Of a DNA stretch of 63,857 bases, positions 50,196-62,093 are shown piece after piece. Position 1 is the first letter of the stretch; each line of letters starts with the position of its first letter. This stretch comes from Gracilinanus agilis. Taxonomy: Eukaryota. The stretch spans positions 15,567,968-15,631,824 of the forward strand of contig NC_058132.1 of the NCBI RefSeq assembly GCF_016433145.1, given 5' to 3'. Both the position numbers and the translations under genes were made by a program. The notes below the pieces were generated by a model. It had not been told where the DNA came from, ran no database searches, and worked only from the letters and a program-made list of their open reading frames with translations.

Positions 50196-51004
50196 GTGTT
50201 TACATATAATTAAGAAAAAGAAAATAAAAAGTAAAATAAATAGTAGCTAATATTTATATATTACTTTAAGGTTTGCAAGCACTTTCTAAACATTATCTCA
50301 TTTTATCTTCACAACAAACTGGGGAAATAAATATTATTATTCTCATTTTTCAGGTGAGGCAACTGAGGCAAACAGAGGTTAAATGGATTTTCCAGGTTCA
50401 CATAGTCAATAAATATCTGAGATCATATTTTAATTCAGGTCTTCCTAACTGCAGGTCCTGTGCTCTTCCCACTGCACTGCCTTATTGCTAGATCATTTTC
50501 CAAGTATTACATTTGATATTATACTTTGTACTACATGGTATCTCTCAAATTCTGTGATTCTCTGAATTATCACCTTGTTAGAGATAAGGAAATAAAAGTT
50601 GAAAGTGATAAAATAACTTGTCCATTATCATACAAAAGTCAGAGACCTGGTTCTGCTCCTATGCTTTCTTCATTCCAAGGATAACACGTCTCCAAGATAT
50701 GAGGGAAGGATGACATTTCAGAAAAATGGAACAGTTTGAGTAAACTGAGATAAGTGAAAAGTCTGTGGTATGTTTAAAAGATAAGATATTGGACATTTTG
50801 ACAGGTATAGAGGCCTTGAATGCCAAGCAGAAGACTTTGAACTTTGCTATAAAAAGCCACTAAAGATTTTTTGGTAAAATGAGTATGTTTAGGAGCATTT
50901 GTAGAATGAAATGCAGGGTGGGCGTGAAGAGTAGTGGTAACACGACTTGTTCTAGAGCTTCTGTAATAGTCCCAGTGGACATTAAGAAGAGAATGCATTA
51001 GGGT

Positions 51005-51770
51005 AGTATAAGAATTAAATTTTAATGGTTTGACTTAAATATATGGAGATTATAAATAATAGTGATGGTTGCCAATTCAAAGTATTATTGCTCAAAGTTG
51101 AAATAACCTTTAATAGCCTTTATTTACAAAAGGGGTGGAAAGAGTTAAAGTAGAGCAATACAAAAGGGTAGAGAAGACATTAGCCTAACTAAATATTGCT
51201 CCACTGCTCCACTCAGCCAGGATTTCTTGACCTTCAACCAGAATTAAATCCTTTCCAGAAGACAGGAAGGGAAAGCCAGCTATCCACTCACCCAAGTTCC
51301 CTCCAAGAGGCAGGTCAAGATAATAACACTTGCTGAAGGTGACTCCTGAGACTGACTTTCTTCCTTGGGGCAACCTTCTTGAAGCAGACTTCCTTCTTGG
51401 AGTTGACTTCCCTAGCCCCAGAAATTCAAGGCTTTTTATAGTGCTTTCCTGTCCCTTCCCCTTTTCACAAGGGCCAATCACAGCTTCCAAATTGCCCAGC
51501 ATTGCCCAGGGGGCAGTATTTGTGGGAACCACTTCTCACCTTCTGGAAAGGTCAATACTTATCAAAAGAGTTCACAGATTCCTGGCTGACTGAGATATGA
51601 GTTCTCATTTCCTGACTTATCCAGTTGAAAGGGTGTGAATTCTCTGGTTTGGAGGTCCTCCACCTAGTTCAAATTTTGTTGATCCAATCAAAAGGTGTGT
51701 TAACTCGAAATAGACAAAGGTAATAAGAGAAAAATTTTGGAGTTTTCAGTTCTTTTCAGTCTGGACCCAA
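51005..51770 (-). mobile_element. Solo ERV LTR
   Basis: CCAAT at 51474-51478, TATAAAAA (minus) at 51440-51433 and AATAAA (minus) at 51124-51119 give U3-R-U5 order. Ends are approximate. Confidence 0.6.
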
Positions 51771-52385
51771 CAAAGAAGCAGCAACACCATAAAATGAAAA
51801 TACTGGACTAGGGGGCCAAGAGCATTATTCTAATAGAGGAAGCTAAATGGCACACTAGATATCAAGTCAGGAAGATATGACTTCATACACAACCTTAGAC
51901 ATTTACTAGCTGTATGACCCTGGGCAAATCATTTAACTTCTGCTTTCTTCAGCTTCCTCAACTGTAAAATGGATATAATAATCATACCTATAAATAAATG
52001 AGATATTTGTAAGGCACTTAGGATGATATCTGATACATTGTAGGTGCTTAATAAATCCTTATTTACTTCCTTTATTCCTAGTAAATCTATCCCTGACTTT
52101 CTGTGTATCTTCCATAAATCAGATCCCTTCTCTGGAACTATTTCTTTATCTGTAGAAGAGAATGGCAATGAAAAAAATCTCTAAGTCTCCTTACAGAGCT
52201 AACATTCTCTCTTCTAAGGTACCTTCTAGCTATGACATTCTAAAGGTCTAAGATCTCTCTCTTTCCAATTCAGCCATTCTTTGTTCATTCAGTGATTCAA
52301 GGGAAATTAATCGATAACAACAATAATGTATTCAATCTCTCCAGTTGGTGTTTCTCTGTCTACATCTGTCTATCTCTCTGTCTCT

Positions 52386-52527
52386 NNNNNNNNNNNNNNN
52401 NNNNNNNNNNNNNNNNNNNNNNNNNNNNNNNNNNNNNNNNNNNNNNNNNNNNNNNNNNNNNNNNNNNNNNNNNNNNNNNNNNNNNNNNNNNNNNNNNNNN
52501 NNNNNNNNNNNNNNNNNNNNNNNNNNN
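52386..52527. other. Assembly gap (142 N) in a (CT)n tract
   Basis: Run of N. Confidence 1.
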
Positions 52528-52588
52528 TTTGCTAAGTAGCTAAATTACTTTTTTTTTTCCAATCAGATATCTTCCAAAACTTCTCCAC

Positions 52589-52820
52589 TAATGACTAGGG
52601 AAATCAGAAAGTTTACTCTGGATTCCCAAGCCAGACTCAGTACTTCAGATTTTAATGAGCATTTTGTCCCTTGGAGGCAACCTCTTGAAATCTCCGGAGT
52701 CAGCAAGGAGAGAAGATGAAAGTCAATTTTGCCTCCTTCCTGAATTAATCTCCTCTTTTTGCATTGGCTTAATCCATATGCCACTCTTCCATCATCAGAG
52801 GATTTCCTGAGATTGTAAGT
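52589..52820 (+). promoter_or_regulatory. Candidate OR promoter/enhancer with first-exon donor
   Basis: TAATGA at 52589-52594, AGATTTTAATGA at 52647-52658, O/E-like TCCCTTGGAG at 52667-52676 and GTAAGT at 52815-52820, in apparently non-repeat DNA. Confidence 0.4.
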
Positions 52821-53702
52821 GTTCGGAAAAGAGAGGCTAGATGGGAAAAAAGAGTGAACTTAGTCTTTGGGACCTGCTTGGAGATTCAGCTTCACAAACT
52901 TTTCTACTTTTGTCAGACTGAGACTTATTGATTTATGACATCTTCTTGTGGCTACCCATTTTGCAGTTGTAAGAAAATAGTTTGGCCCTCTTTGGAGGGG
53001 ACTTCTTGTCCTAAGTATGTTGTTTTGAGGGTAACTAAATAGAGAATGGAATTATGAAGATGGGGGAGGATGCCGATGCAGGGACAGCTTCTGTTCTCTT
53101 ATTGTCCTCCATATGCTTCAAAGAGGAAATGAGAGGCCCTTGAGAAGTGGATCATGGATGTAGTGAATATGTGAAAAAGAGGAAAGTATGGAATGAAGAG
53201 AAAACTAAACTTTGTTGGGAGGTACTTCTTCATAAAAGAATAAAATATTGGACCTTGGAACCTTAGAACATAGGCTATTAGGAAAGAAAATTGAGAGATA
53301 CTTTAATATGTACATTGTTAGAACTTAGAGGGTTTTATTAACCTAGAAAGTAGAATGTCAGAACTAAGATGAACCTTAGAACATAGAACAGAGAAGTCAG
53401 AGCTTTATTGGATCTTTCAGACCAACCTTATATAATAGAATATGGAATATTAGATATAGGATATGGAAGTAAGAAAGTATATTGATATCCCTGATGTCTT
53501 AGAGCAACTGATATTCTTTTTATTTTTTTTTTTGCCCTTACCTTCCATCTTAGAATTAATACTGTTTATTGGCTCCAAGTCAGAAAACAGTAAAGACTAG
53601 GCAATGAGAGTTAAGTGATTTGCTCAGAGTCACACAGCTAGGAGGTGTCTGAGGTAAGATTTTAATCCAGGACCTTTCATGTCTAGGTTTAACTCTCAAT
53701 AC

Positions 53703-54065
53703 ACATATTCAAACTGGTCAAACACTTCATTTAAAGTGGGCTGTCTGGAGGAGAAACTACCCGCTCCGAGTGAATGGTACACGTGGCAGTAACAGGCTCT
53801 TGTCAAAAAGTGGAAGCATACATTCATGGAACTGTACATCAAGCTTAAGAATAGCATCAGGAGGCAGCATAGGAGAAGGAAAAATTCACTAGAATATCTA
53901 TCAAAAGATCTTGTTTTTCATTACAGATTTACTCACTATTAGGAGTGGACATGAATTACAGATTGGCTGATAAGATCTTCATCCAGAATATCAGTTGGTA
54001 AGGTAACTGGGTGTCTCCTCCAGACAGCCCACTTTAAATGAAGTGTTTGACCAGTTTGAATATGT
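53703..54065. repeat. Perfect 52-bp inverted repeat with 259-bp spacer
   Basis: 53703-53754 is the exact reverse complement of 54014-54065. Confidence 0.95.
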
Positions 54066-55619
54066 TTTTTTTTCTCCCCAAGGAAATAAGTTTAGAACTG
54101 AATCAAATGAGCTGAAATAAAACTAATGACAATAACAATAGTAATAAGAGTATTTATATAGTGGTTTAAGGTTTGCAAAGTGCTCTAAAAACATCACTTT
54201 ATTTTATGCTAAAACAACAGCTCTAGTATATAAGTGCTACTATTATCATCCATTTTTAAGATGACAAAACTGATTAAGTGATTTTCTCAGGGCCACAAAA
54301 TTAGTAAGTTTCTGAGGCTATATTTGAACTCAGGTCTTTGTGATATCAAGACTGGCTCTGCAATCATGGTGTCAGCTACCATTAGAGGATGAATTTATAT
54401 CATTGTCCTACATGTTACAAAACCTATGTGGAAAATCTTTAGCAGGTCCAAGGAACAGTGGCTAGTATCACCAGGAGAATAAACCAGGGCAATTTGGTAT
54501 TGATTGAAAGATCTGATGATGCTGAGCCTATACAAGAGAAAGCTGATAGGAATATGATCACTATCTTCGGATAGCCCACACTCTCTCATGTGGAAATATA
54601 AATTGGATTTTATGTAGATCCAAGGAAAGAATGGAAACACGGTATAGTAGGAAGGACACTGAACTTGGACTTAGAAAACTTGGTGTAAGTCTGTCAATCC
54701 TTTTACTTTACTATCTTTGTGATTTCTGGACAATAAGTTGACTTCTTTGAGTCTGTTTCCCCATCTGTAAAATGAGGTAGTTACAATTAGATAACCTCTA
54801 ATGTCTCTTCTAGCTATGAAATGCTATTATGTTTTGATTCTATAAGTAACAGGGAAGCAAATATTAACTCAATGTAAAAATAAACTATTAAACTATTAAG
54901 ACAAAGAATTAGACTACCTTTCAAAGTAGTTTCAAAAACACCTCCTCACAAGAGGTATTCAAGGAGAAGAGAGATGCATGTCATTTCATTTCAACAAATA
55001 TTTATTAAATGCCTACTATGGGCAAGATAATCTGCTAAACACTGGTGATCCCATTTCAAAACCAAAACAATTCCTGAATTCAATGGACTTATAGTCTGTT
55101 AGGTAGAATGCAGCATTTATAAAAATAGCAAATTTAGGGGGTAGCCAGACTATGAGATGGGAGATCTTCAGTTCAAATCTAACCTCAGAAATTTCCTAAC
55201 TGTGGGAAGTAAACTTCTGTATTTGACTTTTAAAATTCCTTCCAATGTTGTGAAAGATATATAGACAAACAGACAGACATATAGATAGATTAGATAGAGA
55301 GATGCACATATATTACTCTGATATAAAATAATAATGCAATATTTTTAAAAATAAAGGTACAAAATGTATAGTTTTATATATTACGAGGAAGAATTATACT
55401 ATTTTATTAAAGGCTAATATTATACAACCCCCAATTTGCCTAGAATAGCCTGTCTGCTCTCTTTCCTTGTGCAATTCCAACCTATTCTTGAAACTGATTT
55501 CTCATTATGCTTCCTCTATCCTATATTATGAATCCGTTTGGAGGTAAATGGACCATGGCACTGATTGGGGGAAATATGGAGTGTCTTTTTATCTTTTAAA
55601 AAATTTAATTAATTTCTTT

Positions 55620-56760
55620 TTATTTTTAACATGTCAATATAATTTTTTAATAATCATTTGCTGACATTTTGTGACCCATATTCTCTCTCTTTTCCACCCC
55701 TTTCCCCTCTCTAATATGGCAGGAAATATGATATAGATTGTACATATGGTATTATATAATACATATTTCCATGTTCATCATGTAAAAGAAGGCATATATT
55801 GCTTACATTGGCAAAAAATCATGGAAGAAATAAAGTGAAGAATAGATTGTTTCAATCTGCATTCAGACTCCCTCAGTTCCTTCTATGGTTTTGGATAGTG
55901 ATTTTCATCATGAGTCTCTTGGAGTTGGTTGTCCTAATCCTCGCATTGATGAAAATAATTAATTTATTCAAGTCGATCATGATCATTGTTGTTGTTACTA
56001 TGTATAATATTCTCCTATTTTCTTCTCTTTGCATCATTTCATATAAGTCTTTCCAGGAGTTTTTTTTGGTGATTGTCTTGCTCATTATTTCTTATGGCAC
56101 AATAGTATTCCATTACAATCACATACCACCCCTTGTTCAGTCATTCCCCAAATGTTGGTCAACTTTTCAGTTTCCAATTCTTTGCCACCACAAAAAGTGC
56201 TGCTAAAATATTTTTGTACAAGTAGGTCATTTTCTCCTATCTTTGATCTCTTAGGAAGCAGTCCTAGTAGTGATATTGCTGGATCAAAAGATATGTTGTT
56301 TTATGTCCTTTTGGCATGGTTACAAATTTCTCTCCAGAATGATTGTATCAATTCACAGCTTCACCAACAGTGTATTAGTGTCCCAGTTTTACCACAATCT
56401 CTCCAACATTTATCATTTTTCCTTTTTGTCATATTAATCAGTCTGATAGTTAAGAGGTGATACCTCAGAGTTGTTTTAATTTGCATTTCTCTCATTAATA
56501 GTGATATGAAGCATTTTTTCACATGATTAAAGATAGCTTTAATTTCCTTATCTGATAATTGCCTATTCATTTCCTTGAACATTTGTCAACTGGGGAATGC
56601 TTTGTTTTCTTATGAATTTGTTTCAGTTCTCTTTTTATTTGAGAAATATGACCTTTGTCAGACAATTCCTAAAACACTTTTCTGCTGCTTTTTATTTACC
56701 TTCTAAGCTTGGTTGCATTGCTTTTGTTTATGTAAAAGCTTTTTAATTTAATGTAATCAA
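55620..56760 (-). mobile_element. L1 ORF2 C-terminus and 3'UTR
   Basis: KEMNRQLSDKEIKAI.NH.KKC..SL..REMQIKTTLRYHL...KNDKCWRDCGKTGTLIHCW. Confidence 0.9.
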
Positions 56761-57319
56761 AGTTATCTACTGTACATTTTGTAGACAGTCTTCTCAAAAA
56801 TATCATTTCCCTTCCAGAAGTCCATAAACTCATCATCCCTTTCCAGAACTGACAATGCTTTGATCTATGAAGAATGGCCTCATCTATGATTTGACTAAAG
56901 GATTCAAAAGTGAAACAATGTCAGGTCTGCAGACATGAAAATACATCAACTCTGGACAATCTATTGTTTCTATGACCTCTACATTTTATTCTATCACTGG
57001 GTTCTCAGTGCATGGCTATCCAGTTACAAACCCCCATACCTGGAGTTTCCTCAGGAATCCATAATGATCTCAGATAATGTCTATTCCATCTTATTATTTG
57101 GGCCATATGGTAAGGAATATCTTTTTTTTTACCATCGTTTTAAATCTATCATAGGAAAGTAATGCAAAAATCATTCCCATTTTGTGGATGAGGAAACAGA
57201 GATATTGAGAGCTGATTTGATTTGCTCACTGTCACAAAGTTCATAAGTAAAAAAGTTGGGTCTTGAACAAGGGTCTCCTAGATCTGTGATAAATACTTTT
57301 TTCCACTATCAGCAATACC

Positions 57320-58370
57320 ATATTTGGCAGAAAACTTATAAGTAAAAGAAAATTTATATCGCTAAATATTTATGTCAATAAAAGAGAAAAAAACTTAATA
57401 ATGAATTGAGTATACAATTCAAAAATTAAGGGGAAAAATTAAAAATCCCCAATTAAATACAAAATTGGAAATCCTAAAAATCAAATGTGAGATTAACAAA
57501 ACTGAATAAAGAAAGCCATTAAATTAATAAATAAATAAGAGTTGGTTTTGTGAAAAAGCAACCAAATAGATAAACCAATGGTTAATTTGATTTTTTTTAA
57601 AGAGAAGAAAACCAAATCACTAGAAACAAAAATGAGAAGTGAATAAAGTTACTACCAGTGAAGATGAAATCAAAGAAATTATTAGCAGTTGTTTCACCTG
57701 GTTATATGCCAACAAATTTACTAATTTAAGTGAAATAGAAGAATACTTACAAAAATATAAACTGCCTAAACTAGTGATGGCAAACCTTTTAGAGACCATA
57801 TGTCATGTTCCTTCCCCTCAGACTGCATGCCATTCCCCACCAGAGACCAAGTGCTGCCCCCCCCCCACTTTACTCCAGATAGGGGAAGGAGAAAAGGAAG
57901 GGAGTGGCCTGAGTGCTCCGCTTAGGGGAGGGAATAAGCACTTCCATTGTGCTGCTGGGCAGAAGGGCAGGGAGTCATGGTGGAGAGGGGAAAGGGACCA
58001 GCTCCACCTGAGTATATCTGACTTTGTAGTAAGTAACTCTGGTAGGAGATGGAGCACATGCCCATAGAGAGGTTTCTGTGTGTCATCTTTGGCATATGTG
58101 CCACAGTTTTGCCATCTTGAGCCTAGTCTAACAGTGGAAGAAATAGAATGTCTAAATAAATCTATTTTAGAAAAAGAATTTGAACAGGCACTAAATAAAC
58201 TTCCTAAGAAAAAAGCACTAGGATCAGATGAATTTACAAATGAATTCTACCAAACATTTAAAGATCATCTAATTTCACTATTAAATTAATTAATTAGAAT
58301 GATTAATAAAGAAAGAGTCCTACCAAGCTCCTTTTATGAAACAAATATGGTGCTGATATGTAAACCAAAA
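57320..58370 (+). mobile_element. L1 ORF2 internal remnant, interrupted by a hAT MITE
   Basis: EIKEII..LYANKF.NLSE..EYLQKYKLP | LT.EEIE.LNK.I.EKE.EQA.N.LPKKKA.G.DEFT.EFYQTFK. Confidence 0.88.
57772..58120. mobile_element. Non-autonomous hAT DNA transposon (349 bp) with 8-bp TSD
   Basis: Ends tagtgatggcaaacc...cagttttgccatcttga match the hAT TIR CAGTGATGGCGAACCT; TSD gcctaaac (57764-57771) / gcctagtc (58121-58128). Confidence 0.82.
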
Positions 58371-59353
58371 AGAGATCAAGTCCAACTTATTGTTTTGCAG
58401 ATGAGGAAGAGTGACTTGCTAGTCATTAACACTCCTAAGAACTTCCAAAGCCAGGACATAAACCAATGCTGACTCCAAATTCTATGACCTTCCCTCAATG
58501 CTATTCCTTCATGCTTTATTTGGAATCAAAGTACCTCAGTTTGAAGCTGATATGTCAAAAAACATATGTCACCTGTTTTTATCTAGGGCCATTTTTCTTG
58601 TCCAGTCATTGATCTGAAAAACTACTTGTTCATTTTTCCCCTTCTTAAGTCTCTAATAGGTTTATCAATGAAGACACTTAAGTGAGTCTTCTCTTTAGTA
58701 GGCTGAACATAGCAACTGTTCTGCTCTTCCCTCCTGGTAAGGATTTTCCATTTCTTTAAATATTACTGTTCCTTTCTTGTTTCTTCTTAACCTTTACATG
58801 TAAAGTGACCAGCTTGGGACTCATGTAAAGACAAAATTCCTACAGGATTTGCATAGAACAAGCCATAGAATATTTCAGAATATCATAACCAGAACGTAAA
58901 CACCACAGGTAATACAGGAGCCTCAAAATGTAAATCACAGAAGGAAAAAGCTGAAAAGTAACTTAGATCATAGAAAAGAGAAGGTTAGAGCTAGAAGGAA
59001 ATTTGAATCACACAACACAATACAATGTTCCAGATAGAAGGGAATTTAGAACATGAACTAGAGAACCAAGAAGTAGATGGATCACTAGAAGACAAAACAT
59101 AAAATGTCAGAGGTGTGAGAGGTGTTAAAATCATGCAGCCTAACCCCTCCAATTTACAGATATGGAAACTAAGGATCAGAGAGGCAGACTGAGTCACTGA
59201 GTGCTATATAGTGATCTTGAGTTAGCTCTGAATAGAGTACTGAACCTGGACTCAGGAAGAGTTCAAATTCAACCTCACTTATGTGATCCCACGAAAGTCA
59301 CTTAACTCCTGTTTACTTCAGGCTCCTCAACTATAAAATGGGGATAACAATTA

Positions 59354-59740
59354 GTTGTTTTCCTTCATATTCATAAAAGGGCATCACTGGCAATGTCTTT
59401 TAACTCACACATAAATTGGATTTGAGCAAGGCATAGTGACACAAATTTATCAGTCTCACTGTCTTTTCCAGAGTCATCCAAATCTGGCAGCAAGTCTAAA
59501 GCCAGGATAACTGGGGATGGCTCAGGATTCAGCGGATGACCATGGCTTCTTTGATGTCTAACCAAGCTCTAAGCACCCTACAGCACCTTTTTCCACCCCC
59601 TTCATGGTCACTAAAACAAATTGTTCTCATTTGCCTCTTCCATCAAAAGAAATCTTCACATGACTGGGGTAGACATTCTCTAGTTCACCAATGGGTTTGA
59701 GACCTGCTAGTTACCCTCAACCTAGTTTAGGCTCAGTTGA
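59354..59740. mobile_element. MdoRep1-like marsupial repeat
   Basis: gttgtttttccttcatattc...aattggattt...ccagagtcatcc...caggataactggggatggc...gttaccctcaacc, recognised from memory of the consensus. Confidence 0.5.
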
Positions 59741-59964
59741 AAGATAAAATGAGATAATTTATGTCATAATCTCTTTGAGATTAGAAATTGTTCCTTACTT
59801 TGTGTTTTAATCCTCAGTGTCTAACATAGATCGAAGAGTAGTTATTTAATAACAGCTTGTTGGTTGTTCAATTAGTTGATTGCTATCATATGATAGTTGA
59901 TTGCTATCATAGAATATCTAGGAAAGCATCATTTAATCAAATTAAATTAAATTAAAAACTATAG

Positions 59965-60215
59965 CAGCTAGGTAGTGCAATGGATAGAGTGCCAGACTTG
60001 CAGTCAGGGAGACTCATCTTCCTGATTTCAAATCTGGCATCAAATCCTTACTAGCTATATGACCCTGAGCAAGTCACTTAACATTGTTCACCTCAGTTTC
60101 CTCATATATAAAATGAGTTGGAGGAGGAAATGGCAAGCCACTCCAGCATCTTTGCTAAGAAAATCCCAAATGGGGTCATAAATAGTCAGAAATGACTAAA
60201 ATGACTGAACAACAA
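59965..60215 (+). mobile_element. MAR1-type CORE-SINE
   Basis: gcagctaggtagtgcaatggatagag...atgagttggaggaggaaatggcaagccactccagcatctttgctaagaaaatcccaaatggggtca. Confidence 0.8.
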
Positions 60216-61050
60216 CTCTAACAACAGATTGACAAAATTGCTTGGCTAAGACACGCATAAAATTTGTGACAAAGCAAATTGGAACTTGAGACTCCTGACA
60301 TCTAGATCAGTACTCTTCCCAGCATTCCATACTGCCTCTACATGCTTTGTAATTTTTAAGTTTATTGATGTGTGAATTGGTTCTTTAATTACTTAATTTA
60401 ATTATTTATCTAACCAATCAGCCATTTGATTAATTAATTATTGTTTGATTCTTTGATTGATTGTTTGATTAATTAATAATTTGATTATTTAATCCCATAT
60501 TTCCACAAAAGTCCTATATCCATTTCTTATCAAAGCAGCAAAGTTGATGCTGGACTCTTAAAGTTCATATTAGTGGATACACACTAGTGAGTGCTACCAA
60601 ATGGCAAAGAACTAAAGTATGAGTTAAATGATGGGTTAGGTATATGATATATGGGAAGCTACCTGAGTACAGAAAGTCACAGCAATCCATTAAGGAGACA
60701 TACTCATACATAAATGTGTATAGAGTGAATATGTATATGCACATATGTAACATCACATAGTATAATATGATATAATATAAAACACTTAAAAGATACTTAA
60801 GGGAAGAAACTGGCATTTGGAGGAATCAAGAAAATCTTCAAGTAGAAAGTGGTCTTACAAAAAAAATGGAAACTGTATTATTTCTGCTATTGTTATTGTT
60901 GTTATTTCGTAATTTCATGAAGTCTTTTTGTGGAGATGGGCAGGGCTTTGTGAAATCATCGTTATTTAGACGTAGGTCAAAATCACCATGCAAACTGCTC
61001 TGACATTTAAAATATTTGTCAAAATAGTTACAATTTACAAAAAGTTATGA

Positions 61051-61069
61051 CTTTTTCCTTTTATTATAG
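61051..61069 (+). promoter_or_regulatory. 3' splice acceptor before the OR13 coding exon
   Basis: ctttttccttttattatAG, 19 nt before the ATG. Confidence 0.65.
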
Positions 61070-61088
61070 ATAGAGAAGAAGGAAGGAA

Positions 61089-62021
61089 ATGGATGGAGGA
61101 AATGAAACAGATGTGACCTATTTTATTCTAGTTGGTTTCTCAGAGCATCCCAAAGCCCAAGTCATATTCTTCTGTTTTCTCTTAATGTCCTATCTTATCA
61201 CATTAATTGGGAACAGCCTCATTCTCTTCTTGATCCACTATGATTCCCGGCTCCACACCCCCATGTATTTTTTCCTAAGTAACCTGTCCTTCCTGGATAT
61301 CTGCTACACTTCATCTAGTGTGCCTCAGGTTCTCATCAACTGCTTGGTCAAGATTCCATCTATTTCCTTGGGCCAGTGTCTGGCACAGATGTGTGCTGGC
61401 CTCTATTTTGGGGTTGCAGAATGTCTGCTGCTGGCTGTCATGGCCTATGATCGTTGCATTGCCATTGGTGACCCACTACGCTATTCAGTTAGGATGAGTT
61501 CCCAGCTCTGCCTCAAGCTAGCAGTGGCGTCCTGGGTGACAGCCTTTCTGCTGACTGTGGTTCCAACCCTTACAATGCCACTGGAGTTCTGTGGCCACCA
61601 CATGATCAATCACTTTTCTTGTGAACTCTTAGCCATCCTCAAGCGTGCATGCAATGATCTGAAGTTCTATGAGTGGTTGATGATGGCCACCAGTTCTCTG
61701 ACTCTTCTTGCACCCTTTACCTTCATCCTCTCCTCCTATGGGCGCATCCTTAGGGCTGTTCTGAAGATGCACTCAGCAGAGGGTCGAAAGAAGGCTTTCT
61801 CCACCTGCAGCTCCCACATAACTGTGGTAGTTATCTTCTATGGTACAGCCATTTCAGCGTACATGATTCCCCAGGACAAAGCTAGCCAGGATCAGGACAA
61901 GATCATCTCTTTGCTGTATGGCATCCTTCCACCCATGCTCAACCCTCTCATCTACAGCCTTCGAAATAAGGATGTGAAAGAGGCATTAAGGAAACTAATG
62001 GGGGAGAAAAATATCTCCTAA
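61089..62021 (+). CDS. Class II olfactory receptor, family 13 (OR13H-like), intact
   Basis: NET sequon, LHTPMYFFLSNLSFLDICY, MAYDR, NHFSCE, KAFSTCSSH, DQDKIIS, PMLNPLIYSLRNKDVK; HFxCE and DQDKxIS are typical of OR13/OR2. Confidence 0.95.
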   Translation: MDGGNETDVTYFILVGFSEHPKAQVIFFCFLLMSYLITLIGNSLILFLIHYDSRLHTPMYFFLSNLSFLDICYTSSSVPQVLINCLVKIPSISLGQCLAQMCAGLYFGVAECLLLAVMAYDRCIAIGDPLRYSVRMSSQLCLKLAVASWVTAFLLTVVPTLTMPLEFCGHHMINHFSCELLAILKRACNDLKFYEWLMMATSSLTLLAPFTFILSSYGRILRAVLKMHSAEGRKKAFSTCSSHITVVVIFYGTAISAYMIPQDKASQDQDKIISLLYGILPPMLNPLIYSLRNKDVKEALRKLMGEKNIS

Positions 62022-62087
62022 GAAGAAATGTTTGGTTAATTTTAACAAAACTGGGGAAATGGAAAAAGTGGTAGTTTTACTAACCAA

Positions 62088-62093
62088 AATAAA
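62088..62093 (+). terminator. Candidate polyadenylation signal of the OR13 gene
   Basis: AATAAA 67 nt after the stop codon. Confidence 0.4.

Noticed and set aside
61450-61480. MAYDRCIAIGDP and LKRAC deviations as signs of OR13 pseudogenisation
   Set aside because: The ORF is full length with all other motifs present, and loss of this Cys is also what I recall for OR13H1, so it is probably a lineage trait.
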